A DNA stretch of 63,697 bases, counting the filler. It is 3 parts of 3 records of this genome, joined end to end, with 100 filler letters (N's around TTAATTAATTAA, not from the genome) between each part and the next. Parts side by side here need not be neighbours in the genome. Positions count along the whole stretch, not along the records: positions 1 to 29,256 come from SRR20825006_2316; positions 29,357 to 56,421 come from SRR20825006_2317; 1 more part is not named here. One strand, given 5' to 3'. The position numbers were made by a program, and so were the translations under genes. Within the stretch, counting starts at the first letter, position 1. Each line of letters starts with the position of its first letter. The notes beneath the pieces were generated by a model that was given only the letters and a program-made list of their open reading frames with translations, had not been told where the DNA came from and ran no database searches. Below, one piece after another: positions 18,706-29,576 of this stretch.

Positions 18706-21078
18706 CTATGCTTTATTGATCTTTTTTGTTACTACCGTATGCTCAAAAATCAATCGGATTAAATAGATCCCTGTATTTAAGCTACTCAAATCAATAGTGT
18801 TATTTGATTCTATTTCTTTAATATACCTTCCACTTAAATCAAACACCTCTATTTTTTCAGGTAGTTCATTTGGATACTGAATGGTTAAAAAATCACTTGT
18901 TGGATTGGGATAAAAACTTAAAGAAATAAGATTGGGGTCTTCTATGCTTAAACCACCTCTACACTGTTCTAGAACCTCTTCTTTACTCGAGCAGCCTTCT
19001 TTATTGTAACCGAAAGAAATAATTTTGTCCTCTTCTAAAAATTCACAAATGATCTTTAAATTACAAGTGCTTAGATTGGGATTGTTATAAATTCCTATTG
19101 AACTACCAACGTCTTCAATATTATCTAAAGAACCTATGTAATCTAAATTTTTGTTGTTCCCTAAGTAAAAACGATCGCCTATACTTTTTAAATTCTGAAA
19201 TCCTTCAATTCGCTCAAATCCTTCATTAATATTTATATCTAGACTCTCCCCTATGACAGTCAAATTAGAAAAGCCCTTAAACTCATTAATGTGAGAATAT
19301 GACATCTCAAAACTTACTTCAATATCTTCCAAAGCATCAAACCCAGTAAAGTTTTGAACACTTGTGTTATTTATACGTATCCATCGTATAGAAGTTAATT
19401 TGTTAAAGCCACTGAACTCGGAGATACTTACTTTATAGGTTGAAAAATCTCCCATATAACCTTCAAGATTATTTAACCCTCCTAAATTGATAACCCCGGT
19501 ATTGTATGATATAGACATTGATCCTAGGTGTACGAGACTGTTAAACCCACTAATATCTTCGAGTGCATTTTCACTTAACCTTAAATCACCTTCAATCCTA
19601 TCAATGGTACTGAAGCCTTTAATCGTTTTTAACACAGGATTATTCTCAATTTCCAGACCTCCTCGCAGAATTCTCAATTGATTAAATCCGGATAGCCCCA
19701 TCAAAAATTCATTATCCCAAATCCTGAAATCTCCTGATACTTCTTGAAGTTTCTCAAAACCGTCTACTGCTCTCAAATTGTAACCTGATCTAATTGAAAG
19801 GTTAGAGACCCCAAGGGTTAGTGCATTAAAACCATCTATATTTTCTAAGGCATGTAGGAATAGCATAAATTCTCCTTGTATACTTTCTAATTGCTCGAAT
19901 TGACTCAAAGAGTTGAGTTTAGAATTATACATAAAAGACAAGTTCCCCTCAATTTTTCTTAAGTTATTAAACCCCTCTATTCTTAATAATTCTTCATTCT
20001 TATAAAAAGACAACCCATCTCCTATTGTTTCGATTTCTTCAAATCCAACCACTTGTTCCAAAGTCCTATTATCTTCAAAACTTAAATAACCTCCTATACT
20101 TTGTAGTTTATTAAAACCAAGTATTGCTAGTCCATTCCCTTCGAATTCTAAATTACCTTCAACGTTTTCTAAGTTTTCAAAACCTTCGATTCTCTCTGAT
20201 CGATTGTGTATTATCCTAACAGAGCCTAAAATGTTTTTAATCGTTTCAAAAGCACCTAAGGAACTTAAAGCATGATTATAGCTTATATGTAAATTTCCTG
20301 CTAAGTGACTTAGAGAACTAAATCCATCAAAATTCACAAGATTTTCGCAATCACTGATCGTAAGGTTCCCTTCTACAGTCGCTAATTTTTCAAATCCCTG
20401 TACGTCATTTAGCTGAGTATTATTCTCGATTGTGAGATCACCCCCTAGCCTCTCTAGTTCGTCAAATCCTTTAATCAAATGACTTTCGTTTTGTCTTAAT
20501 TGTAAACTCCCCTCGATCTCCTTTATTGAAGAAAAACCTGAAAATTCAGGTATTCGCGTATAAGCTATATCGACATTTCCTCCTATAGTTTGTAATGCAT
20601 TGATTGAATTTAAAACCTCCGAATCGCCAGTACTACTAAAAATAAAATCTCCACCAACAGACTCTAGATTATCTAATATAGATACCTCATTATTTGTGTT
20701 GTAGGTATAGGTTAAATCATCTCCTATAGAAACTATGCTTTTAAAACCTACAAGTTGATCAACTGTAATATTGGAAATTATTAAGCTACCAGATATGGTC
20801 TCTAAATTATTTAAGCCATCAATATTTATAGTTCCGTCGAAGAATTGAAAAGTCAAAGTCCCATTGACTGCGGTCAGGTTTGAGAAAGCATCCAAATTCT
20901 CAATAGAGCCATTATTATTCATTAATACCAAATCATAATCGAATGTCGTACAATTAGGATAATCAATTTTAAATGCGTCTACATCCTCTTGTGAATATAT
21001 ATAAAGTGTTTGAGGAGGGCACTGCGAAAAAGCTATTGCTGATGAAAATAAAATTAAGAAGAAGTAGATTTTTTGCAT
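18706..21078 (-). CDS. T9SS-secreted receptor-L/leucine-rich repeat protein
   Basis: Signal peptide, many ~25-aa GFxxLxxIxGxLxIxxN repeats and a C-terminal type A sorting domain (FYPNPTSD ... LNTGIYLI ... KKINK). Confidence 0.88.
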   Translation of the reverse strand: MQKIYFFLILFSSAIAFSQCPPQTLYIYSQEDVDAFKIDYPNCTTFDYDLVLMNNNGSIENLDAFSNLTAVNGTLTFQFFDGTINIDGLNNLETISGSLIISNITVDQLVGFKSIVSIGDDLTYTYNTNNEVSILDNLESVGGDFIFSSTGDSEVLNSINALQTIGGNVDIAYTRIPEFSGFSSIKEIEGSLQLRQNESHLIKGFDELERLGGDLTIENNTQLNDVQGFEKLATVEGNLTISDCENLVNFDGFSSLSHLAGNLHISYNHALSSLGAFETIKNILGSVRIIHNRSERIEGFENLENVEGNLEFEGNGLAILGFNKLQSIGGYLSFEDNRTLEQVVGFEEIETIGDGLSFYKNEELLRIEGFNNLRKIEGNLSFMYNSKLNSLSQFEQLESIQGEFMLFLHALENIDGFNALTLGVSNLSIRSGYNLRAVDGFEKLQEVSGDFRIWDNEFLMGLSGFNQLRILRGGLEIENNPVLKTIKGFSTIDRIEGDLRLSENALEDISGFNSLVHLGSMSISYNTGVINLGGLNNLEGYMGDFSTYKVSISEFSGFNKLTSIRWIRINNTSVQNFTGFDALEDIEVSFEMSYSHINEFKGFSNLTVIGESLDININEGFERIEGFQNLKSIGDRFYLGNNKNLDYIGSLDNIEDVGSSIGIYNNPNLSTCNLKIICEFLEEDKIISFGYNKEGCSSKEEVLEQCRGGLSIEDPNLISLSFYPNPTSDFLTIQYPNELPEKIEVFDLSGRYIKEIESNNTIDLSSLNTGIYLIRLIFEHTVVTKKINKA

Positions 21079-21268
21079 AAAGAAATGGTTTAATGCAAAG
21101 TAACATTAATTACATTTAGTAATACAAAATATTTTTTGGTATATTTTTCTTCGAAAATATATAAACCAAAGGCTCTTTATTGTCCGCAATAATTAAAATT
21201 GTAATTCCGTACAAACCTCTCAATTTTCGTAACTTCACGGCTCCTCCTACGCGATTAAATCCAAAGTC

Positions 21269-22486
21269 ATGAAAATCCTGCATACGGCCGACTGGCACAT
21301 AGGCAAAAAACTGCATAAACACTATTTATATAACGATTTTGAACGATTTATTTCTTGGCTGATTGCGGTTATTCAAGAAGAAGCTATCGAACTCGTTTTG
21401 GTCTCCGGAGATGTTTTTGACCTTGCTAATCCTTCCGCCGAAGCGCGCAAACAATACTATAAAGCTTTAAAACAGTTAAGCAACCTCAACTGTAAACTCA
21501 TCATCACCGGCGGAAACCACGATTCGCCGTCGATGCTTGATGCGCCACGCGAAATACTAGAAGCACTTAATGTGCATATCCTTGGCGGAATGCCGGAAAA
21601 TCCGGCAGATTGCTTGATTCCTGTGCAGGGGAAAAAGGAGAACGACGAGCTTGTCGTTGCTGCAATTCCGTTTTTACGGGATGGAGATATTCGTGCGGCA
21701 GAATCTGGCGTTACTTATGAAAACCGCATTGAAGCCATAAGAAAAGGTATTGAAGCGGTCTTTACTCAGGCAGCAGAGCTTTCTAAGCATAAATTTCCCG
21801 GCCTAACGGTGATCGCTATGGGGCATTTGTATGCAGCGGGCATTGAACCTTCAGAGAGTGAACGCGACATACAGATCGGTAATCAGGCTGCCTTTCAGGC
21901 GAGTCAGTTTGGTGATTATTTCAGTTATGTGGCGCTGGGGCATATACATAAACCCCAACGCGTGAGTGCTGCAATTCCCGCATTTTATAGCGGTTCGCCT
22001 TTACCGCTTTCTTTCAGCGAGCGTACCGATGAAAAACGGGTGCTGATTTTAGATACTTCAACGGGTTTTGAACCCAAAAGCGTTGCGATTCCTACGTTTA
22101 GAAAGCTGAACAAAGTGAGTGGCGATCTGGAGCGTATACAAAGCAAATTGCAAGTATTAACATCTGAAGGCGAACTTACCAACCTCATCGAAGTGGAGTT
22201 GATCGAAGAGAACTTTGATGCCAACCGCATTGCACAGCTCGACACTCTGGTTACCGAATTTAATACGCCTGGTCTGGAGATCGTTAAGCATCGGGCGACC
22301 TTTAAAAACCGACTAAAAGCAACCGGAAAATTGTTTGATGCGCAGCAACATCTAGAAGATCTCAAACCGCTGGAAGTTTTTACTAAAATGTTAGAACAAA
22401 ACTCGTATGACGCAGAAACCAAAGCGAAAGTAACTTTGGCATTTCAGGAACTTGTAGAACACCTCAACACCGCAGATCCCGCTTAA
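21269..22486 (+). CDS. sbcD: SbcD nuclease subunit
   Basis: ILHTADWHIG, SGDVFD, GGNHDS and ALGHIH motifs. Confidence 0.93.
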   Translation: MKILHTADWHIGKKLHKHYLYNDFERFISWLIAVIQEEAIELVLVSGDVFDLANPSAEARKQYYKALKQLSNLNCKLIITGGNHDSPSMLDAPREILEALNVHILGGMPENPADCLIPVQGKKENDELVVAAIPFLRDGDIRAAESGVTYENRIEAIRKGIEAVFTQAAELSKHKFPGLTVIAMGHLYAAGIEPSESERDIQIGNQAAFQASQFGDYFSYVALGHIHKPQRVSAAIPAFYSGSPLPLSFSERTDEKRVLILDTSTGFEPKSVAIPTFRKLNKVSGDLERIQSKLQVLTSEGELTNLIEVELIEENFDANRIAQLDTLVTEFNTPGLEIVKHRATFKNRLKATGKLFDAQQHLEDLKPLEVFTKMLEQNSYDAETKAKVTLAFQELVEHLNTADPA

Positions 22487-22487
22487 C

Positions 22488-25400
22488 ATGAAAATATTAA
22501 AAATTGCTTTTAAAAACATCAACTCACTGCGTGGTGAGCACGAGATCGATTTTACTCAAGAACCCTTTTTGCAAAATAGCCTTTTTGCGATCACGGGCCC
22601 AACCGGGAGCGGAAAAACCACGATTCTTGATGTGATCTCTTTGGCGTTATTCAATCACGTGCCGCGTTTGGGGAAAATGAGCACCAACGAGGTGTTGAAA
22701 AAAGGAGCTATTCTTACCCGCAATCAGGAAGATGCGAATGCGCAAATCACCTATCAATGCAATCAAGGGATTTTTACCTCGCGCTGGGAAATTTCGACCA
22801 ACCGAAATGGTAATCTGCGCGATTATCATATGGAGCTTATAAACACAGTAAGCAACGAAATTCTCGATTTAAAAAAATCGGATGTCCCGGGAAAAAATGA
22901 GGAGCTGATCGGTTTGAATTATGATCAGTTTATCAAGTCTGTTGTATTGGCGCAGGGCGAATTTGCCAAGTTTTTACAAGTGCCCAAAAAGGAACGTGGC
23001 GCGCTTCTTGAGAAGATCACGGGCACTGATATCTATCGCAGAATTGGGATGGAAGTGTTTCTTCGGAATAAAGAGCGTGCTAAGGAAATTGATGCTAAAC
23101 GCGCTAAAATTGAGACTTTCAGGGAGCAATTGTTGGAAGAAGATTCGTTCGCAGCAAAGCAAAAAGAAGCTGAAACTTTAGCCGAGAGGCAAAAGGAATT
23201 AAAGCAATCGATCGAACAATTTACCAAAGAGATCGAGCTCAAAAAGAAACTACAAGCCGAAGAACGCGAACTGCAAAAAACACAGAAAGAATTAAGCGAA
23301 GTAGTCGCGCTTCAGGAAAACTTCGAAAAAGAAAAAGGAGATGCACTGAAGCATCACGAGGCAATTCAACTTTTTGCAGAAGAACTCAATCAATGGCAAA
23401 GTTTGCAGGAAAAGCAAAAAGAAAAGCAAACCGAAATCAATAATGCTACGGAAGCTTTAGAAGCTGCAAAAGCCGAACGAGAGCACTTAACGCAACAAAT
23501 TAGCGAGCAATTTAAACTCACGGTCACGCCAACTGATTTTCCGGAAAAAATGGAACGGTATAAAGCGGAAGTCCGTGCCTTGATCGATGAGCGCAATGCC
23601 TTGCGCACCGCTTTCGAAACCAGTAAAAATCCGTTGCAAACGGCAGCTAGGGAATTCGATTTACATTTAGACCTAAAAGATCTCAAAGGTTTTGAAACTG
23701 CTTTACTGGAGAAATTTATGAAGACCAAATCTGCGTATGCAGCTTCAGAGAACCGCTTTGACCTCAAAAATGCTTCGGTAGCAGAACGATTGGCAACAAT
23801 TCAATCCAAACTGAAAAACATCCGCGCAGCTGAGAAAGCACATATGGCTTTAAGCACTTTGCAAAGTCAGCGTAAGGAACGTAATGAAGAATACGTTTCT
23901 CTTCAAAAGCAACAAGCGCAGTTGCCCGAAGAGGTCAAACAACTGAAACAGCAGATCGAGTTGAAAGAAGCTCAGCACATCGCTAAGCAAAAAACGCTGG
24001 AAGTAGCGCAACTGCAAAAACAACTTGAAGATTATCGCAAAGACCTACAAAATAATGAACCTTGTCCGCTTTGTGGTTCCCTTGATCACCCTTTTGCAGC
24101 CCATATTCCGCAAGAAGAAAACGGACTCAAAGCTGCGGTGCTTCAATTAGAACACGAATTAAAAACGCTGAACAAAGAACTCGCGACTAAAGAAAGTTCG
24201 CTTCAGCAATTAACGCAACAAATACAACAGCTCGAACATCGTATAAAAGTTCTTGATGAAGACCTGAGTGCTCTGCAAACCACTTTTGATGCCCAATTCA
24301 AAAACCTGATGCAAACCAAAGGCAGCGCTACGTTTAACGAATTGGAGCTTCAACTGGAACAGCAAGAACAGGAATTAAATTCCGCTGAAAAACTTCAGCA
24401 AAACATTAAAATACTTGCTCAAATTCAGCAGCAAACAACCGATCTAAAAGCGCTCTTGGCAAAGGGGAAAAAGAAAGCAGAAGCAATTTCCGCAGTCTAT
24501 TCCGGTAAAAATTTTGAACAAGACATCAGTCAGATTGAAACCTCTTGGAATCGTAACGAGCAAACCGCAAACCAGCAACAACAGGTGCTCACAGCAGCTA
24601 AAGAAACAGAACGTGATCTTGCAAAAACGTTAGAAAGTCTCACTGCCAGCCTAGTAGGGCAATTGAACAAGAAAGGTTATGAATCTATTGAAGATGCATT
24701 ACAAAAGCGTTTGAATGCCGCAACCGCTCAAACTTGGAAACAAGAGTTAGAAAAGATCAATCAAGATGCTTTACGTTTAAAAACCTTACGCAACAAACTC
24801 ATTGAAGAAATTCAAATCCTAACGGATTCGGCGAGTGAGGCACCACTTGAAAAACTTCAAGAACAGCATCAGGAACAAACAGAAACGCTTCAGCAACACG
24901 AACATTCAGCTTCTGTTTTATCACGCCAACTATTAAATCACAAGGATAATCTGGAGCAGATTAGAAAACTTCAGAAACAGATTGATCAGGAACTTAAAGA
25001 TGGTGAACATTGGTTGATTCTCAATAACCTGATCGGTGATGCGAACGGGAATAAGTTCAATGATTTTGCTCAGGACCTTACACTAGCACAATTGCTACAG
25101 CTGGCAAACAAGCGCCTAAAACATCTTACCGATCGTTATCAAATAGACCAACCGGCAGAGGATGAAGATGATAGTCTGGTTGCAATTGATGAGCATATGG
25201 GCGGGCAACGGCGATCGATCAAAACGCTGAGCGGTGGCGAGACTTTTATTCTAAGTCTGGCTCTGGCCTTGGCGCTATCTGATCTTGCTTCGCGCAATAT
25301 CGAGATCAACAGCTTATTTATTGATGAAGGTTTTGGTACACTCGATCCTGAAACCCTTGATCAAACACTAGACACGCTTGAGGTTCTGCAAGCAGAATCC

Positions 25401-25511
25401 TCAAAAATGATCGGGGTGATCAGCCACGTAGACAGTTTAAAAGAGCGTATCGCAACGCAAATTCAACTCACGCAAAATGGGCAGGGTTATAGTACACTTA
25501 AGGTAGTGTAA
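22488..25511 (+). CDS. sbcC: SbcC SMC-like ATPase
   Basis: GPTGSGKT, long coiled coil, CPLCG zinc hook, LSGGE and FIDEGFGTLD. Confidence 0.95.
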   Translation: MKILKIAFKNINSLRGEHEIDFTQEPFLQNSLFAITGPTGSGKTTILDVISLALFNHVPRLGKMSTNEVLKKGAILTRNQEDANAQITYQCNQGIFTSRWEISTNRNGNLRDYHMELINTVSNEILDLKKSDVPGKNEELIGLNYDQFIKSVVLAQGEFAKFLQVPKKERGALLEKITGTDIYRRIGMEVFLRNKERAKEIDAKRAKIETFREQLLEEDSFAAKQKEAETLAERQKELKQSIEQFTKEIELKKKLQAEERELQKTQKELSEVVALQENFEKEKGDALKHHEAIQLFAEELNQWQSLQEKQKEKQTEINNATEALEAAKAEREHLTQQISEQFKLTVTPTDFPEKMERYKAEVRALIDERNALRTAFETSKNPLQTAAREFDLHLDLKDLKGFETALLEKFMKTKSAYAASENRFDLKNASVAERLATIQSKLKNIRAAEKAHMALSTLQSQRKERNEEYVSLQKQQAQLPEEVKQLKQQIELKEAQHIAKQKTLEVAQLQKQLEDYRKDLQNNEPCPLCGSLDHPFAAHIPQEENGLKAAVLQLEHELKTLNKELATKESSLQQLTQQIQQLEHRIKVLDEDLSALQTTFDAQFKNLMQTKGSATFNELELQLEQQEQELNSAEKLQQNIKILAQIQQQTTDLKALLAKGKKKAEAISAVYSGKNFEQDISQIETSWNRNEQTANQQQQVLTAAKETERDLAKTLESLTASLVGQLNKKGYESIEDALQKRLNAATAQTWKQELEKINQDALRLKTLRNKLIEEIQILTDSASEAPLEKLQEQHQEQTETLQQHEHSASVLSRQLLNHKDNLEQIRKLQKQIDQELKDGEHWLILNNLIGDANGNKFNDFAQDLTLAQLLQLANKRLKHLTDRYQIDQPAEDEDDSLVAIDEHMGGQRRSIKTLSGGETFILSLALALALSDLASRNIEINSLFIDEGFGTLDPETLDQTLDTLEVLQAESSKMIGVISHVDSLKERIATQIQLTQNGQGYSTLKVV

Positions 25512-25553
25512 GACTTTTTACTATAATTGCATCTCTAATTTAAAACTCTCCAA

Positions 25554-26306
25554 ATGTACAAAAACTACATTTTAATTTTTCTTGCTGTCCTTTGTATTCA
25601 ATGTAATTCTGATTCTAATTCTGATGATGATCCAGTAGTAGAAGCCATTCGACTTTTAAAAACCTATGAAGTGACAGGTAGTAGCAATTACAAAGTACAA
25701 TTGTTTTATAATGATGATAAAACACTAGACTATGCGTTATCTGTATCAAGTGAGTTTGAAAATTTTATACAAAAATTTATTTATGAAGATGGTAAACTCG
25801 TAAGATCTGAGATTCGAGATGAAAACAATATATTTCAAAATAACTATGTAGAGTACACCTATATAAATGATCAAATTTTTGAAAGACGAGATTTATATGA
25901 TAATGCGGTGTTGGACGAAACTTATCGCTTTTTCACATCAAACAATCGCATAGATCGAATTGAATATTATGCACAGGAAAATCCCGAATTACGAAACGAA
26001 TTTAGTTTTGTGTATGATATGCTGGGTAATGTCACTAGTGAAACAGATACCAACTTTACAGGAGTAGATTATGAGTTTCAATACAGCTATGACGATAAAA
26101 CTAATCCCTTTAAACATATCAACCCCTACTTTATATTGTGGGAGGATTTTCCATCAAGGATTAATAATCCCACAAAAATTGTACGTTTCAATATAACTGA
26201 TAACACCATAGAAAAAACTACAGATTATACATATATCTATGATGAAAGAGGTTATCCTACACAACAATCTGATGGAACGGATACTGTTAGGTTCACATAT
26301 TATTAA
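25554..26306 (+). CDS. Putative lipoprotein with YD-like beta-strand repeats
   Basis: Signal peptide ending LCIQC followed by NSDSNSDDD; YxYD motifs and YDDKTNPF; AT-rich. Confidence 0.7.
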   Translation: MYKNYILIFLAVLCIQCNSDSNSDDDPVVEAIRLLKTYEVTGSSNYKVQLFYNDDKTLDYALSVSSEFENFIQKFIYEDGKLVRSEIRDENNIFQNNYVEYTYINDQIFERRDLYDNAVLDETYRFFTSNNRIDRIEYYAQENPELRNEFSFVYDMLGNVTSETDTNFTGVDYEFQYSYDDKTNPFKHINPYFILWEDFPSRINNPTKIVRFNITDNTIEKTTDYTYIYDERGYPTQQSDGTDTVRFTYY

Positions 26307-26317
26307 AATAGATAACT

Positions 26318-26710
26318 ATGAATTTTCATACCCGAAAATGGATCAAACCGCAAGACCTTAATCCCAATCGTTCGCTTTTTGGAGGCCGACTTTTAGAATG
26401 GATCGACGAGGAGGCGGCGCTTTACGCCATTATACAATTAGAGAATCCGCGTACGGTTACTAAATATATTTCTGAGATCGATTTTAAGTCCAGCGCGCGT
26501 GAAGGTGATATTGTTGAAATTGGTATCGAACCGGTAAAATTTGGTACCGCTTCCCTTACCTTAAAATGTGAGGTACGTAACAAAATGACCCGCGAGACCA
26601 TAATCACCATCGACAAAATCGTGATGGTTGGCTTAGATGAAAACGGAAATGCCAAACCCCACGGAAAAACAAAAGTTGAATACGTAAAAGACCGTTTAGA
26701 AGACAAATAA
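26318..26710 (+). CDS. Acyl-CoA thioesterase (hotdog fold)
   Basis: DLNPNRSLFGGRLLEWIDE motif. Confidence 0.9.
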   Translation: MNFHTRKWIKPQDLNPNRSLFGGRLLEWIDEEAALYAIIQLENPRTVTKYISEIDFKSSAREGDIVEIGIEPVKFGTASLTLKCEVRNKMTRETIITIDKIVMVGLDENGNAKPHGKTKVEYVKDRLEDK

Positions 26711-26737
26711 GGTCTATCACAAATAGAATTGTTTGCA

Positions 26738-26766
26738 CAAAAAGAGGCTTTTAGCGCCTCTTTTTG
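26738..26766 (+). terminator. Intrinsic terminator
   Basis: CAAAAAGAGGC-TTTTAGC-GCCTCTTTTTG. Confidence 0.7.
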
Positions 26767-26903
26767 CATTCATAATGCTAATAAATGCATACAATAGGGC
26801 AATCGCCGGTTATTCTTTCTAAAGAGGTTTCGGTAATTTAGCAGCCATTAGCGGTTTTGAAGTTTCCTATAAACCATAAAACTCACAAAATTTAATTCAC
26901 TTT

Positions 26904-28295
26904 ATGTTCCCTAAAAGCACATACGTCAATAGACGAGATATTTTAAAACAAACCTTAAAAAGTGGCATCATCCTCTTTCCAGGAAATGGTGAAAGCTCGA
27001 TGAATTATGCCGATAACTGGTATCCTTTTAAGCAGGATAGCAGCTTTTTATATTATACGGGAATCGATCATATTCCTGATCTGTATTTCCTGATCAACAT
27101 CGATACCGGCGAAGAGATCCTCTTCGGAAACAATGCTACTCCGGAAGAAAAAGTTTGGATCGGTTCTGCTGAAAAACTAGAAAGCTTTGCTGAAAAGTCA
27201 GGCTTCAGCGCTGTAAAACCTTTAGATCAGGTAGCTTCTTATCTAAAAACGCAAGTAGCCAAAGGGCAACAGGTGCATTACCTTCCACCCTATCGTTCGG
27301 CTCAAAAAATTGCGATCAGCGAACTTTTAGATATTCCGCTCCAAGAGGTAGAAGCTAACAAATCTGTGGCCTTGATTCAGGCGATCGTTGCTCAGCGCGA
27401 GCGCAAATCGGCTGAAGAATTAATACAACTTGAAGAAGCGGTGAATATTACCCGCAAAATGCACGAATATGCCATCATCAATACTAAAGCGGGAATGACC
27501 GAAATGCAAATGGCAGGTACGCTTAACGGTATTGCAGTAAGCGGTGGCGGTGGACTCGCTTTCCCCATTATTCTAACCAAAGATGGCCAATACCTGCACA
27601 ATCACGCAACCACAGCGGTATTAAATGAAGGCGATCTGGTACTTTGCGATTGCGGCGCGTATAACACGATGGGCTACGGTGGTGATATGACCCGCACCTT
27701 CCCTGCCGGAAAAACGTTCAGTCCGTTGCAAAAAGACGTTTATAATATCGTGCTTAATGCGCACGAGAGTGCCATTGCTGCCTTAAAACCGGGCAAGCGT
27801 TTTAAAGACATTCACTTGCTGGCTTCCAAGAAGCTTGTAGAAGGTCTTACTGATCTTGGCCTGATGAAAGGTGATGCTGACGAAGCCGTTGCTGCCGGAG
27901 CACATACGCTTTTCTTTCAATGCGGTTTGGGTCATATGATGGGCTTAGACATTCACGACATGGAAAATCTGGGCGAGCAATATGTGGGCTATACTCCTGA
28001 GCTGAAGAAAAGCACTGAATTTGGTCTGAAATCCTTACGCTTAGGAAAAGAACTTCAAGAGGATTTTGTACTTACGGTAGAACCCGGTTTGTATTTCAAT
28101 CCGTTCTTGATCGATGAGCGTAGAGCGCAGAAAAAGTATATGGACTTTGTGAATTATGACGAAGTGGAAAAATTCAAATCTTTTGGCGGAATACGCGTAG
28201 AAGAAGATTTTGTCATTACCAAAGACGGAAGCAAACTATTGGGTGAACCACTTGCCAAAACACCTGAAGCCATCGAAAAACTTAGAAATAACTAA
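26904..28295 (+). CDS. Xaa-Pro aminopeptidase (M24B)
   Basis: FKQDSSFLYYTG, DMTRTFP, GHMMGLDIHD, TVEPGLY and GGIRVEED. Confidence 0.92.
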   Translation: MFPKSTYVNRRDILKQTLKSGIILFPGNGESSMNYADNWYPFKQDSSFLYYTGIDHIPDLYFLINIDTGEEILFGNNATPEEKVWIGSAEKLESFAEKSGFSAVKPLDQVASYLKTQVAKGQQVHYLPPYRSAQKIAISELLDIPLQEVEANKSVALIQAIVAQRERKSAEELIQLEEAVNITRKMHEYAIINTKAGMTEMQMAGTLNGIAVSGGGGLAFPIILTKDGQYLHNHATTAVLNEGDLVLCDCGAYNTMGYGGDMTRTFPAGKTFSPLQKDVYNIVLNAHESAIAALKPGKRFKDIHLLASKKLVEGLTDLGLMKGDADEAVAAGAHTLFFQCGLGHMMGLDIHDMENLGEQYVGYTPELKKSTEFGLKSLRLGKELQEDFVLTVEPGLYFNPFLIDERRAQKKYMDFVNYDEVEKFKSFGGIRVEEDFVITKDGSKLLGEPLAKTPEAIEKLRNN

Positions 28296-28298
28296 CCT

Positions 28299-29256
28299 AT
28301 GAAAGCCATAAAACTAGGGCTGCTTTGCTTATTTACAATTGCAGTAAATATTAAAGTAAATGCACAAGACGCCTCTCAATTAACATTAGATCGAATTTAT
28401 TCCTCTGAATTTCGCGGCGAGAGCGCCCGAGCAATAAGTTGGATCAATAATGGAGACGCCTTTGTCACCATCGAACAAACCGAAGACGGCCAAGACCAAC
28501 TCATCAAGTATGAAAGTAAATCAAATGCTCAAGAGATCTTTTTAAGCGCGGAAGCACTAACCCCTTCGGGTGAGGATCAAGCGCTTCAAATTGCTGATTT
28601 CAGCCTTTCAAATGATGAAAGTAAGGTGCTTATTTTCACCAACACCAGTCGAGTTTGGCGCTCAAATACTAAAGGTGATTATTGGGTTTATGATTTAGAT
28701 ACCAAAGCGTTGAAGCAATTGGGTGCGTCGCTTCCTTCGTCCTCGTTGATGTTTGCTAAGTTTTCTGACTCTAATGAAAACGTAGCCTATGTTTCGGGCT
28801 TCAATCTTTATGAAGAGAACTTTAAAACCGGTGAGGTAACCCAGCTTACCAAAGACGGAACGGGCGATATTATCAACGGAACCTTTGACTGGGTTTATGA
28901 AGAAGAATTTGGTGCGCGTGATGGTTTTAGATGGAATGCTGACGGAAAACACATCGCCTATTGGCAGCTTGATGCATCAGAAATCGGGACGTTTTATATG
29001 ATCAACACCACCGATTCTGTGTATGCTAAGCCTATTCCGTTGCAGTACCCCAAAGTGGGTTACGATCCTTCTTCGACTAAAGTGGGCATTGTAAATACTA
29101 AAACTCAAGAGACTACTTGGATTCCGGTTCCCGGTGATCCTGTACAGCATTATTTGCCCGCTTTACAGTGGATTGACGAAGATCTATTGTTGATTCAGCA
29201 GTTGAATCGCAAGCAAAACACGCTGAAGATCTACACCTATGTACCTTCTTCTAAAG
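28299..29256 (+). CDS. Dipeptidyl-peptidase IV (S9B), truncated at the contig end
   Basis: Signal peptide, INGTFDWVYEEEF and YPKVG motifs; runs into the N-linker. Confidence 0.88.
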
Positions 29257-29356
29257 NNNNNNNNNNNNNNNNNNNNNNNNNNNNNNNNNNNNNNNNNNNN
29301 TTAATTAATTAANNNNNNNNNNNNNNNNNNNNNNNNNNNNNNNNNNNNNNNNNNNN
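29257..29356. other. Artificial contig linker
   Basis: N44-TTAATTAATTAA-N44, giving stops in all six frames. Confidence 0.98.
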
Positions 29357-29386
29357 CATTGCATCAATTAAATCTGATTTGTTCAT
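29357..29386 (-). CDS. hup: HU DNA-binding protein, N-terminal fragment cut by the contig end
   Basis: Minus strand reads MNKSDLIDAM, a canonical HU start; TAAATTTG promoter element at 29450-29443. Not in the ORF track. Confidence 0.8.
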
Positions 29387-29576
29387 AATTTTAAAATTTT
29401 AAAAAAATTAAATGTCGGTTAAACTTTTGTTTATTGTCCTAACAAATTTAGACGGATATTTCGTTCACGCAAGCAATAGCGCAGGAAATCACGGTTTATG
29501 TTGATAACTTTAACGTTTTGTTGATAACGGCAAGCATTTTTAACACAATTAAGGCAAATTCCCCGTAGGTCTAGTA

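Noticed and set aside
21269-25511. SbcCD as a Wadjet/Lamassu-type SMC defence system
   Set aside because: Ordinary sbcD-sbcC pair with zinc hook, host-like composition and no effector partners.
29257-29356. TTAATTAATTAA palindrome, repeated at 56466
   Set aside because: Artificial six-frame-stop spacer. Genes on either side are not neighbours, and the truncated DPP IV, HU and dxs are not pseudogenes.
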